64,000 nt of DNA, from NCBI RefSeq assembly GCF_009914755.1, contig NC_060947.1, one strand, 5' to 3'. The translations under genes and the position numbers were made by a program. Under the pieces are notes generated by a model. It worked only from the letters and a program-made list of their open reading frames with translations. It ran no database searches and was not told where the DNA came from. This DNA is from the human T2T-CHM13v2.0 reference genome, Homo sapiens. Positions 31,321 to 45,135 of the stretch are shown in pieces; the first letter of the stretch is position 1; each line of letters begins with the position of its first letter.

Positions 31321-31598
31321 TTTTTTTTTTTTTTGAGACAGCGTCTTGCTCTGTCACCCAGGCTGGAGTGCAGTGGCATGATCATGGCTCACTGCATCCT
31401 ACCTCAGCCTCCCAAGTAGCTGGGACTACAAGCACATGCCACCATGCCTGGATAACACTTTAATTTTGTGTGTGTTTGTATGTAGAGACAGGATCTCCCT
31501 ATATTACTCAGGGTGGTCTCAATCTCCTGGACTCAAGTAATGCTTCCACCTAGGCCTCCTAAAGTGCTGTCATTATAGGCATGAGCCACCGCACCTGA
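31321..31598 (-). mobile_element. AluJ in L1MA
   Basis: GATCATGGCTCACTGCA J-type motif; TSD TTAAGTTGATTTTT. Confidence 0.9.
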
Positions 31599-33099
31599 CT
31601 TAAGTTGATTTTTGTATATGATGAGAAACAGAGGTCTAGTTTCATTCTTTTGCATATGGATATCCAGTTTTCCCTGCATCATTTTTTGAAGGGACTGTTT
31701 TTTTTTTCCCAAATATAAGTTTTTGGTGCCTTTGCAGGAAATGAGTTAGCTGTAAATACATGGATTTATTTCCGGGTTCTCTACTCTGTTCTATTGGTCT
31801 ATGTATCTGTTTTTATGTCAGTACAATGCTGTTTTGATTACCATTGCTTTGTAGTACATTTTTAAGTCAAATGGTGTTATGCCCCAGCTTTGTTCTTTCT
31901 GCTAAGAATTGCTTCAGCTATTCACAGTCTCTTGTGGTTTCATACAGATTTCAGGATGTTTTTTCCATTTATATTAAGAATGTCATTGGTATTTTGATAG
32001 GAATTGCATTGGATCTACAGATCACTTTGGATAGTATGGACATTTTAATAATATTAATTCTACCAATCCATGAGAATGGGATATCTTTTTTTTCTTTGTT
32101 TCCTCTTTGACCTCTTTCATCAGTGTTTTGTAGTTTTCATTATAGATATATTTCACTTCTTTGGTTAACTTTATTTCTAGGTATTTTTTTGTAGCTATTA
32201 TAAATGGGAATGCTTTCTTGATTTCTTTTTCAGATTTTTTTGCTGTTGGTATGTAGAAATGCTACTGATATTTGTATGGCGATTCTGTATCCTGCTATGT
32301 CATTGAATTCAATTATCAGTTTTAACAGGGTTTTTTTTTTTTTTTGGTAGAGTATTTAGTTTTCCTAATATAGGATTATGTCATCTGTGAACAAGGCTAA
32401 TTTTACTTTTTCCTTTCCAATTTGGATGCCCTTTATTTCTTTCTCTTGCCTAATTGCTCTGGCTAGGACTTCCAGTTCCATGTTAAGTAACAGTGGTAAA
32501 AGCACCACCCTTGTTTTGTTTCAGATCTTAGAGGAAAGACCTTCAATTTTTCCTCATTCAATATGATGTTGACTGTGGATTTGTCATATATGGCCTTTAG
32601 TGATTTTAGGTATATTCCTTCTATACCTAGTTTGTTGAGAGTTCACCCTAGTTATCAAGTGACAAAAGTCATTAGGTTTTTTTCATGGGTAGAAAGGATA
32701 GGAACTCTGAAATAATTAGTTAGAGAGGAAGAAAGATTTAAAATTTTGCCAAGATTTTGTTGAAGATAATTTTATGTTTAAAATCAACTTAAAGGAGCTG
32801 CAAGGGGCCAGACAGATTGAATTTGTTACAAGTTTTATCCTTTTCTGGAGTTCCTGAAGCTCAGAATTCTAACCAAATCTTGCATCTCACTGTGGGTGTT
32901 TTAGTGTGCCAGCTGGAAAATGGGATGAACAAATAGGGTCCCTATGGCCTCTATCCTGAGGACTCTGTTGGAATTGATGGCAACATCAGCCTGCTTCTTA
33001 TTGGTTTTCAAAGTGAGGGAAGAATTCAAAAATCCTAAATGCTGGGAGCATCCTTATGAAGTCTGGTCTTTTGGTTGGGTCTATTGAAGATTCAGACTG

Positions 33100-33667
33100 G
33101 TACTGAAAGGATTTATCGCTTGCATGTCAGATATGTTTTTCCTATTTATACTCTTCACTCCTCTCTACCATGCTCTTTGCCCCAGGAGCTGACTTTTATA
33201 GATTGCATCAACAGAATACTTTGTCTTCTGATTCCTGGCTGTCTAACGGTAGACACATGTAGATCATTGCATGGGAATGGAGTGAAGTCAGAGTATTTAT
33301 TCCCTTGGTTTCTTCTCTTCTGAGTTGCCACAGGTTGGCAGTGGTTGTATTTCTCCACCAAAGGCCACAACTCCCATTGCTTGGCCTTCTCTTATAGCTA
33401 CAGTTGTCTCTCTATGTTCCAGTAATTGCTCCCTTTACCTCTTCAAGCTCTGGGTTAGTGGCATCCTTCTCCACTACACTTTGTCTTAGCCAAAAGGTCG
33501 AGAAGCAATAATGGCATCCTTGTGGGACTCCTAGGGTACCTCATTATTCCTTGTTGGTTTTCCTTAAACACTTCCATACCATGATAAGCAGTCTTTTTAT
33601 TAAACTGTCCTCAACTGTCTTATTTGGCTGTGCCATATTGTTTCCTTCTGTGACCTGACTGATGACA
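33100..33667 (+). mobile_element. LTR33/LTR41-family ERVL solo LTR
   Basis: GCCCCAGGAGCTGAC..GATTGCATCAAC..GTATTTATTCCC..AAGGCCACAACTCC..TTTATTAAACT..CCTGACTGATGACA. Confidence 0.65.
33473..33509 (-). pseudogene. 3'-truncated U2 snRNA retropseudogene (U2 nt 1-37)
   Basis: The reverse complement ATTGCTTCTCGACCTTTTGGCTAAGACAAAGTGTAGT matches U2 AUCGCUUCUCGGCCUUUUGGCUAAGAUCAAGUGUAGU at 33/37. TSD A(G/A)TGGCATCCTT. Confidence 0.92.
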
Positions 33668-33669
33668 TT

Positions 33670-34821
33670 GGGTTCAGGTGTTGTAAGTCTGTTTCTTCCA
33701 TTATAAAGGTCCCCATTGACATCCACCTAATGATGTTAATAGGTTTTGATGATTGCTGCTAGAAATGCCAAGCACCAATTATGTCATTACCTAAAGTATA
33801 GCTTGTACAAGAAATAGAATAAATGTTTGATTATGTCTCTTTATTGATTTTTCAGAAGAGTTGATGTTCTAGTAACCTCCAAAGAAGCCTCCCTTTTTTC
33901 AAATAATATTGTGAATTCATAAATATGTACATATCTGGTGTGCTTCGTTATTTCTTTTGATGCTCAAATTGTCCCATCTTTCACCAGCAGTAGCCCCCTC
34001 ATGCTGTTGCCTTTTTGTCATGACCTCAATAGGCTTCAATAGCTTCCTTGCTCTGTGGAACAATGTGATGTCTCAGATTCTTTTTATATATTTCTGCTCC
34101 AGACGTGGAACCAAACATTACTCTAAGGAGCCCTGATTCCTTTTTGTGGCAAATGCTATTTAGAGACCATAATTGGGACATTAGGGATTCTAGTTTCTAC
34201 AGGATTTTCATTGCTTCTACATTTTTTCAGTGAAGAGAATTACAAAATGTGTACATTTTTAGAAAGTGAAAAGCAAATCATGAGTTTATACTGTTAGTTC
34301 CAAGGAAAAATTTAAGATTACTGGGTTTTTAACTTATTTTAGATGTGTATCCCTTTTCTCTTAAATGGAAAATATCCTAATAATATTAACATATTAATAA
34401 CTGATCATTTGATTTTCCTGCTTTATATGTCATAGTCTCAAAAATAACAATATTATTATTAAAAACAAGACTATTGAGTGTAGTGTAAGATTTCTTTGAG
34501 GTTATTTGGTCTTTAGGATATATTCCTCAAAGAATTTAAGGGGGTTAAAAGGGTTTCATTTAAAAATCACTTGAAATAGTACTTCTGTGGTTGTGCCACC
34601 AAACTGAACTATAATTAGATTTCATCACTACAATCTAATTTAATTTTGGTTTTGTGTAAAAATTATTCTATGATTCTGAAGTCAAAATTATAGAATAAGG
34701 TACATTCAGAGAGTCCTAACTTCCTTCATTGTTCTTGTTCACATATCCCCACATATTTCCTTCCCCCTCCTCTAAGTAATATTTCTTTATTAATTTTTTC
34801 CTTCCATTGTTTCTTATTGAA

Positions 34822-34862
<41 letters not shown>

Positions 34863-35420
34863 AAGACCTTTTTTGTGCCAAAGGTGGCAAGCTATACGTA
34901 TTTTACTTCACCTTGCTTTTTTTGGTTTTAACAGTATATCTTGGAGATTACCTACAATGGTATAAAGAGATCGTCCTCATTCTTTTCAACATAAACTAGT
35001 CCTTCATTGATTAGATGTAGCATAGTTTATTCAACCAGTCTCCTTGAGGGTCGTTTGGGTTATTTCCAAGCTTGTGCTACTACAAATAGTGGTGAAGTGA
35101 AGTTTTTGGTATATGTCATCTTGAATTTTTCCTAGACTTCTAGAAATGAAATTGCTGGTCAAAGGATAAATACATATGTAATTTTTTTAATGTTACAAAT
35201 TCTTCTCCAGAAACATTGCACTTCCAATGAGAATGCCTGTTTCCTCACAACATCACCAATGGAGTATGTTGTCAAACCTTGAGATTCGTTTTGCCCCTGA
35301 ATGGGTGAGAAATAGTATCTCTGTGTAGTTTAAATTTGGATGTGTTTATCTTACCATGATTAAGTAGAGCATCCTTGCATGTGCTTGAGGTTCATTTGTA
35401 TATCTATTTTTATAGACAGT
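33670..35420 (-). mobile_element. Old L1M (ME/MC-type) fragments
   Basis: Degenerate L1 3' motifs (TTTTGATGCTCAAATTGTCCCA, TTGCTGGTCAAAGG, GAGAATGCCTGTTTCC). Confidence 0.55.
34826..34859. repeat. (GT)17 microsatellite
   Basis: Perfect dinucleotide run. Confidence 0.97.
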
Positions 35421-35474
35421 CTGTCTCTTTAAGACAGAAGAGATTTAAATGCTCTTCAAATTATGTAACATGAA

Positions 35475-35965
35475 TGTCTTAGTTTCAGTGCCCCAGAGGC
35501 TGACCGTAAGACAAGGATTCATGTGATCATGAATTATTAGCAGGTATTTCCACGAAAAGGCAGTATACTAAATGAAAAATGGGACAAGAAAAAGAAGGAG
35601 GCTAAGCCAGGGTGTGACAGCAAACAAGGTTCCAGAGAATATTGCTCTGGGTCAATCTCATAGGGGAGTTATGGAGACCATGTGAAACACATCTCAGAAT
35701 TGTCCCCTACAGGTGGCAAGGGGGGTAGAATATTTTTTTCTTTTCACTGTCTGTCACTGATTGGTTAAGGGCTGCTCTCAGGGGACACAGGCCCCCAGGC
35801 ATTTCCAGCTCTTTATATCGCTGGGCAAATCAGGCTTCAACTGCCTGAGAGCAGTCATCCAACTAAGAAATGTAGATATTGGAAATGAAAGCCTTCAGGG
35901 AGCTAGAAAGCATGAACATGGCGAAGAGATTGAAGAGGTTATGGGTAGAGCACTGGCGGCAACTA
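35475..35965 (-). mobile_element. LTR16-family-like ERVL LTR
   Basis: TGTCTTAGTT..AGACAAGGATTCATGTG..ATCTCAGAATTGTCCC. Confidence 0.5.
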
Positions 35966-36924
35966 CTTTAATGAGTGACTACCCATTCCACACTCACAGG
36001 AGGTCAGCACCGTACAAAAGAGACATGTATCAGGGATGATTTCAATATAAATATCCATGTCCATGATAGATGAGACAATATTATTGGCATCTTATGTACT
36101 TGATCTGACTTTATAACGATTTGCTAATCACATGTGTTAAAAGAAAATTATGATGTATTATGTACACCCAGTTTTCCCTAGTCACACAGTGTTGAGTCAA
36201 ATGTCTCCTTTGAGGGTACCTTAGAATTTTCACTGATGCATAGGGTAATCCCTTTGTGTGAAATCAACACCCAGACCTATGTTGGAATTAAACCAGAGTT
36301 CCCCTGACACTAGCAAGAGGAATAAACAGAGCTTTGTTTTCTCAGCTAATGAGAGCAAACAGTTCTATCCCAGGTGGCCTTCCTTGGAGGTTTTTCAACT
36401 ATAAGATAATCACACACAGGCCAGAGGTACAGCTCAACAATCCTGAATGAGAAACCAGGAAAGGAATAGAACAGAATACCTTGCTTGAAACTATCAAATA
36501 TTTTAGCCAGTGGCAAGAAGTTTACTGACAAAGCAGGTTTTATCTCTTAGGCCTTTGACCCTGGTTTTCATGTTTTGATTTATAGGAGGACCTAAAGAGC
36601 TCTCAGATTTCAACATCACAGAGAGCAGAAAGCTGTTCCTCATTTCATTTATTTTATTATTACTTAAAATTAGTGAGTGGAAACAGGCTACAGGAGAAGA
36701 GCTAACATGAATGGAAATTGACCAGGATGTAATTTCTCCACATCCGTATTTTTTTCCTCCTCAATTCTAAACTTGAATTTTGATCAATTCTGGGGTGACC
36801 GTCTTATCTGGATTTGCCTGGGATTTTCCCAATTTTAGCACTGAAAGTTTCAGACATAGGGCACACTGGAATGGTTGTTTAGCCATTTTGTGAATAATTC
36901 TGGTTATATTACTGGTTTAGGACG

Positions 36925-37085
36925 GGGCTTCTCATGGTAAACTGCATTCAAATTCCACGAATTTCCTGTTAACATGCAGATTCTGATTCAACAGGGCTGG
37001 GGTGGGGCCTGAGAGTCTACATTTCTAGTTTTCAGGTGATATTGATGCTTCTGGTCCATCTGTGGACCACACTTGAAGTAGCAAG
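36925..37085. mobile_element. MER5A-like element (preceded by a MER81-like fragment at about 36792-36885)
   Basis: ATGCAGATTCTGATTCA..GGGGTGGGGCCTGAGA..GGACCACACTTG. Confidence 0.7.
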
Positions 37086-37161
37086 GGTCAACGGTAGGGA
37101 TAATATTGATCCTAAGTTTTGTTGCACATTTCAACATTTGAAATTTAATTTTAGTTTATAA

Positions 37162-37620
<459 letters not shown>

Positions 37621-38999
37621 GTGTTTATGTGATAATCATATTTCTTTATGACTATTCATGGTGAAGGAAAGAGAAATTAATGTACTTGCCAATAGAGCAT
37701 TTATGTTTATGAAAAAGTTAAAGGAAAGGTATTCAACATACAAAAAATTAGCATTTTAATTGATGCAAAAATTGTAGATTGCAGTTGTTGCTATATGTTT
37801 TATATTGTATCATTTGTTTAGTTTCCTTTTTTGGATTTTGAACAAATTTTGAACTTGATATTTTCTTAGATAATTTTAATTTTATTAACATGTCTGCACT
37901 GCCAATTGCTAGCTCAGTCACACACAGGCACCATCTGTACCTTCAAATAGAATTGTATGTTTTTTATCCTTATTACAAGGACATATTTCTATATATTTCA
38001 TATATAAGATATGAAAGTACTTAATAAGGGTTCTTCCTAAATTTGTTCCCTCAATTCCATATCTGAAACTTTATTTATTTACTTTTCTTTGGGCATTCTT
38101 CCCAGCAGCAAATCTCCTTTAAACAACACATTTCATTGGTGTCATGAGATAGCTTTGATTCCAGGAAAGAGCAGGGCTTATTGTTACTCACTTCCATTGC
38201 TACTAGTAACATGAAAAGCGACATCTAAATCCATACTATGTTTTTCTAATGAGTTTTTTTAGAGTTATTTTTTGCCAAGTTTCTCAACTACAGGGTGTCC
38301 ACTGTTAATCCTATTTGATCAGTTTCTATTTTAGGAGAAGACTCATAGAACACAGCAAATATTTCATTTATTGAACCTCTCACAGTTATGAACTATCTTC
38401 CCAAATCCACCAACTTCATTGGATTTCTAAATCTATTAATGGTTAGTAATTGTGTTTGTGTATGTGAGATGCATGCTGTATTATATATACAAATATAGAT
38501 ATATATACATGCATACATATACATACAGTTAGTTAAAAATACACATTGCTCTTGGCTATAATTTTTAAAAACCCAAATAAGTTTATTTTATTTTATTTAA
38601 AAAATTTATACTCTACCTTGTACTTCTAGTACATATAGCTTGTATGGCTGCATGTCATCCTAAAAAATAGAAAGCATTAGATGAAAGAAAATTAAATGAA
38701 TCAGAGGATAATGTGAAGCTAAGAGTAAACATAGAAGTAGAAACAATAATAACATTCGCATCTAGAGTGTAAGCTTTAGAAGTAGATATGATAGTGTCTA
38801 GGAGATAACAGCAGACCAACTGATCAATATATTGAATAGGAGTATTTCAATGTAATATTTCATCTTGTTCCACTGGCATCAGTGCCAAGAACAAACTAGT
38901 ATTTGTCCAGTTTGGAAAGAACTGAAAGAAAACTTTTCAAAGCCCAAAGTTTCTCTCCCACTCTCTTCCCATACCTTTCTTTCTTTGGAAAGAAAATGA

Positions 39000-39425
39000 A
39001 ACTTTTTAATCAATGAAATTGACATGTAGTTTATATACACTAAAATGCACCTATTTTAAGTGTATATTTTGATTAGTTTTGACAAATGTATAAACTTGTG
39101 TAAGCGTTAACAGTTAAGATGCAAAACATTTCCCAAACCCCTAAGTACACCCCCATTCTAGTCAATACTCCCCACCTCTAGCCCCAGGAAACCACTAATC
39201 TTCCTTCTGATACCATGGATTCGATTTATCTTTTCTCAAATGTCATATAAATGGAATCACAGGGTGTATGGTTTTTTTCTTGCCCGGATTCTTTCCTTCA
39301 GCATAATGGTTTTGAGATTCAGATATGTTATGTGTATCAAAAGTTCATTTAGTTTTTTACTAGTGAGTAATATTCCATTGTGTGGATATACCACAATTTG
39401 TTCATTCACCAATTGATGGGAAAGT
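39000..39425 (-). mobile_element. L1MB/ME 3' fragment
   Basis: GTCATATAAATGGAATCAC, TATTCCATTGTGTGGATATACCACAATTTG. Confidence 0.75.
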
Positions 39426-40687
39426 GGTTGTAAGAGAAGGAAATTTGGGTAAAAGATCATGTAAATCTATTAGCTTGGCTTTATGAATAACAGAAGATGT
39501 GAAGAGAGTGAGATTCTTGCTAAAATATTCTTTAACTCAGCAACTAAATCTCTGTCTTCTTTTCTGTCTCTGGGCCTGTTGCTTCTTTTGTTAATTAGTA
39601 ATAATTTTATTATATAAACTTAAAGTACTTTAGATTTAGTTAAATTCTCATTGGCAAATCAAAGCATGCCATATTTATCATCTTTGGCTCAAATATCATC
39701 CCTGAGTGGCAGGCAGATGGCAGACTGTGTTATCCTCTATCAGTTGAAAAGGAAACCCCTGGAAGTAAGTTAATATTTTGGGCTTTAGCAGAAAGCTGGG
39801 ACTGAAACTAGGAACACAACATACATTTTCAAAGCCCAAAGTTTCTCTCCCACTCTCTTCCTATACCTTTATTCTGAAAGAGGGGGAGTGAACAGAATAG
39901 CCAAAGTACTGCCTCCTTCCCCTCGTCCCCACCCCAATTTCCTCTTCCCACTTCAACCCAAGCAGCAGGTCTTTAACCTATTTTATATATTGAGCTTCTA
40001 AGTAAAATTTCATTTGCTGAAATATTTCTCAGGTTAAGAAAACTATTGAAAACCCATTGAACCAAATCTCATAGGAAAATTAGGATTATTTGTTTTAAAA
40101 CACAAACTTCAGTGATATAATAATGTCTTTCACTTACATGGCACTTTCTACTTCTTTAAAGAGCTCTCACAGACATTTCATTTAGCCAGAAGAATAAAGC
40201 TAATCAATAAATGTAATTAATTAAGACTATACATTCACAAATGTCTTAAGTCCAATTAACATTTAATTATCCTTGTTAATGGGAAATGGACTGAGTTTGT
40301 GTGTGCAAGATCCACACACAAGCTAAAAACTTAATTACAGCAAGTGGTTTCTAACTTCTGTCTCATTTAACTTTGGCTGGAGGTACTAAAAAGTACCCAT
40401 AGTGGTTAAAAAATTTTTTAAGGCAATGTATATAGGTTGCATTTCCTATCTCTTCTACAAGAGAAAGGTGGTGAAGTAAAATAAGAATATTGAGAACATG
40501 CATCTTTTAAACACACAAAAAATAACTTTCCAAAAAATGACTGCTAGAATTTGATATGATGGTGACACATAGTTTTAAAAGTGACTTAAAAGTCTTCCAA
40601 TGGGCAAATACTAAAACATCAACAACAGTATAGCTTACCTTTGGGCAACTATTGAGATCAAGAAGACAGGCAAGCCATGTACCTAAG

Positions 40688-40822
40688 CATGGCAACAACT
40701 GGTCCCAAGTTGCCTGGACAGTTATAGTTAATTTTTGTTCTGGCATAATTGTTAATAGCTCCTTCTTTAACTCTCAGAAGTGTCCTGATTTGGATGATAA
40801 ATTATATGGTCATCCTGGCTAT
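40688..40822. mobile_element. MER94-like hAT-Blackjack element
   Basis: AAGTGTCCTGATTTGGATGATAAATTATATGGTCATCCT. Confidence 0.65.
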
Positions 40823-40897
40823 AAGGAAACAGCACTGAACCATGACTAAGATGAAAAAAATATTACTTTTTCCCATTTTTCCTTCCTCAAAATTTGA

Positions 40898-41224
<327 letters not shown>

Positions 41225-41295
41225 CCAGACTGGCTTCTTTCATTATCTAAACTATAGATATAATGAGGTTTCCTCTCCTTTCTACTAATTTCAAT

Positions 41296-41470
41296 CAGTG
41301 GTTTGAAAACGTGGGCATTAATCAGAATCACTGAGAAGCTTAAAAATACCAATGTCTGAGAAGAATCTTGGAACAGTTAAGTCAGCGTCTCTGGAGGTGG
41401 GACGTAATCATTGCTACTGATTAAAAGATTCCCAGATAATTCTAATATGCAGCCAGGGTTGAGAATCATT
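41296..41470. mobile_element. MER5-type MITE
   Basis: CAGTGG..ATCAGAATCAC..GATAATTCTAATATGCAGCCAGGGTTGAGAATCA. Confidence 0.7.
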
Positions 41471-43699
41471 GATTCTGACAGTCACTAAATAATTATTTCT
41501 ATTACAAAATACCTGGTATTGTGAGTGATGTATGAAGTTTAAGATCTCCTTGGGGAAAAAGAATGTCCCTGCCCACCATACTTGACCATGGCATACCTTT
41601 GGCTCCATCCTCTGGGTAGCCAAAGGGGCTGCTCATTCCTGTTATCTTCGGATCACACAAAGAGTAATAATTCTATTTTTTCTTCCAAAATCTTCATTGT
41701 CTGCAACGATAATACAGCAAAGCCAAATGAAGACCTCCTTTGGCCTGGGATAAAGGCACTTTAAGTGACAGTGATAGAGGCATTTGAAGGGACCTTCAAG
41801 TTGGCCACTCATTATCTAATGGAAGCTCTGACATTCTGAAAGCTTAGGCAATTGAAGCTAGGTGGCAGTCCTGCTTAGCAATTAAAGGAGACACCATAAA
41901 GAGAACTATAAAGATTCACACAGAAGAAAACCAAAAATGACTTGCCACTGATTTAACACCAACATAGGATCAACAGGGCAAAACTAACTTGCTGTGTTGT
42001 GCCTTTAGATACAGTCTTCCTCATTAAAGCTCAGGAATTTCCTTAAAATTATAGGCAACTCTTAAAGTCTGATGCTTCTAAATAGGCTCCATGACCTCTT
42101 TACATTCTAGTTTACCGGAAGTTAACCCTACTCCCTTATGCAAATGTCTGCAAATAGACACTGGTGAATCTTTAATCTTCTATAAAATGAAAGAATATGA
42201 GGAAGTTATGGAGAATATTGAGAAGCATCTGAAATGGTAATGCTTGTGATACACAAAACCATGACAAACTGTGATTCTTTTAAAATTTGTCTATAAAGAT
42301 GTTTACCAAAATATTCACAGTGTTCACCTCCAGGTCAGATGATTTGTGGGGATTTTTATGTTCTTTCTAATACTTTTCTGTTTTATTTAACTTGTTTTAC
42401 AAAAAGCGTATGCCATCTTATTTAAAAATTTTACTGTTTTTATGAGTGTCAAAATGCTGTTTAACTCACTGAAGTCCATTAGTGATTAGATAATTAGCAG
42501 ATCATGACTGTTTTCTGTGATGTCTATTCTCAGCCCAAGGCTTGCTATACTTTAATTGATGATTCCTCTAATTAACATTGTTAATGGATGACGCTAGTGT
42601 GTGTGCATCCCAGACAATCAATAGATTGTGCTTATACTTGCTCTAATTTGAAAAGCTCACCAGAAGTAGATGTTTTTGTTTATTTGCTGCTGTTTTAGGG
42701 AATACCCAAGATGAAGATAGGGTCTGTTGAGTTGCATAGATTTCATACATTTTAAAGTGTTTAACAAACTATCCCTTAGATAGAATTTTAGAAATTATAA
42801 AAGAAATTGCTATATCAGAACTAAGAGCTCAGAAAGATTTAATAATTCTTCTAAACACATGTTCATTAAATTATTTGAGTTAAGCACAGTATATTAAGGA
42901 GTGAAGTTAGGAATACAACTGACAGTAACAGTTGAGTATCCCAATGGTTGAGCAACTTCTCTCAAAAATAATGTGTGATTAGATATTGAGTGAGATTTTT
43001 CTGTTTCCCTGGAATTAAAGTTAAGGCCTAAAGCTGATAATAAAAGACTAAATAGTACCCTAAATCTAAGTTTAGATAGCCATCTAGAGTTGAGGCCAGC
43101 TGCTCCACTGCAAAGAATATGAACTGGAAATTAAAAAAAAAAAACAGACCCTACCCTTCCCTTCTCTTAGTATATACTATGGGAGAACTCAGGGAGAGTC
43201 CGTGACTCTATATCTGTAAAGTAAGCCGTTGTGACCCTTCACCATTACCATCAACCTTTCTCTGATTGCCCTCGGGGTGAGGGTACTTCCCTTTGTCAAA
43301 ACCAAGATGGGAGTTTCAAGAGAATCACTCATGAAGTTATAGCCTGTTAGAAAAGGAGACTGGAATTTCACTCTCTCATTGGATGTCTCCTTAGGCCAGA
43401 CTACTTGCTGGACTGTCCCTGGAGGAGGGAAATGAGAATTGGGAGGACGTGGCAAGGTAGATGACTACGAAACAGAGAGGGTGCCAGGAACAAACTCCAC
43501 TTAAATTCATGTTTCCTGAGAGGGCCATAAGACAGGGCCCACATTAACAAAAAGAAAGTGCAACTGGGAGCCTCGGTCCTGCAGCACCGCTGCAGTATGG
43601 GAAGCAAGAGGCTGAGCCACAGAGGAATGTGTTGTGATAGCACGAGCTGGGAGATCTAAAGAGATAATCTAGAATGTAGCCCAGAGATGGGAGATAAAA

Positions 43700-44330
43700 T
43701 CTATTAAAGAAAAGGTTAAAAGACATGGTGGAACACAACTATTCAAAGAGATAATGGATAAGAATTTTCCCGAATTGTTGACAGGCCCAAACCTCATTAT
43801 AAAATTCTTATAAATCCCAAACAGGAAAAATAAGAAAAATCCACATCTTCATATATCTTGGTGAAACTGTGAATTAACAAAGACAGAAAATATCCAAAGC
43901 AACCAGAGAGGAAAAGACTAACAAACACTTATAAAAGTATGAATGTCAGACCAATAGCCACCATTGAAGCCAGAAGGCAGTGGAATATCTTTAATATTCT
44001 GAGATTAAGTAACTGTCAAATTGGAATTTCATACCCACGGAAACTATATTTCAAGAACAAAAATGAAAAAAACTTTTTTTAGACAAAGAAAAATAAAAGG
44101 CTTTTATCAGTAGATCATCATTAAATTCTAAAGGATTGTCATTCAAGCAGGAGAAAATAATGGCAGACATAAGGTCTGAAATGCAAAAAGGAATAATAAT
44201 GGATAAAATCCAAATTGAGAATATAAAAAAAGTGAATATAAAGATAATAACATCTAATCTTTAAACTTAAAAATAAGATACAATTAAAATACGGGACAAC
44301 TATGTAAGTACACAGGATGATCATCAGAGA
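43700..44330 (+). mobile_element. Ancient L1/HAL1 ORF1-region remnant
   Basis: GAATTTTCCCGAATTG, AAAGCAACCAGAGAGGAAAAG and GAAGCCAGAAGGCAGTGGAATATCTT are L1 ORF1-like motifs. Confidence 0.6.
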
Positions 44331-44707
44331 TAATACCTGCAGGAAACAGCTACCATTCCAAAGACGGGGTGGGAGGGGTGGGAACAAATGGAAGTAATTA
44401 TCAGGACCTAGAAGCTTGGAGGCAGGAACCCCAGCCTTCTAGGAAGGGGTGCTGCCTGGCTGGTGCTAGCATTTCAGGAGCTTGAAGAGGCCCTGCAGAG
44501 CTGATCCTCAGACCTCTGAAGAATGTGTACTCTTGGCTGCTGCTGTTGTCTCTCAAGGGGCAAGAACAGTCAGTTGTGAGAATGCCAAAGAAACTGGAGA
44601 TAGGAACCAACAAATTGATGTTGCTGGGGCAATGTTGCCAGGAGCATTATGCAAAAATGAGAAAGAATGGTCTCTTCTCCTGCCTTACAATATCCCTATA
44701 GGGCCCC

Positions 44708-45135
44708 TGACTTAGTCTGTGTAGTGTTGCTATGAAGGAATGCCTGAAGGGGAGTAATTTATAAAGAAAAGAGGTGTTTTTGCCTCACAGTTAAGTAGGA
44801 TGTAAAAGGAGCATGGTGCCAGCATCTGCTTCTGATGAGAACTTCAGGCTGCTTCCATTCATGGCAGAAGGGAAAGAGGAGCCATGATGTGCAGAGATCA
44901 CATGGCAAGAGAGGAAGCAAGAGAGAGGGGAGGGAGGTGCCAGGCTCTATTTAACAACCAGCTCTCATGGGAACTAGTATAAGGAGAACTCACTCATTGC
45001 CATGAGGATGGCACCAAGACATTCATGAGAGATCTACTCCCATGACCCAAACACCTCCTACTAGGCCCTACCTCCAACACTGGGGATTGTCTTTCAACAT
45101 GAAATTTGGAGGGGACACACATCCAAACCATATCA
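44708..45135 (-). mobile_element. MSTB-type MaLR LTR (3' LTR of the unit)
   Basis: TGACTTAGTCTG..GTTGCTAT..GGGGACACACATCCAAACCATATCA, followed by a PPT-like purine tract on the minus strand. Confidence 0.85.
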
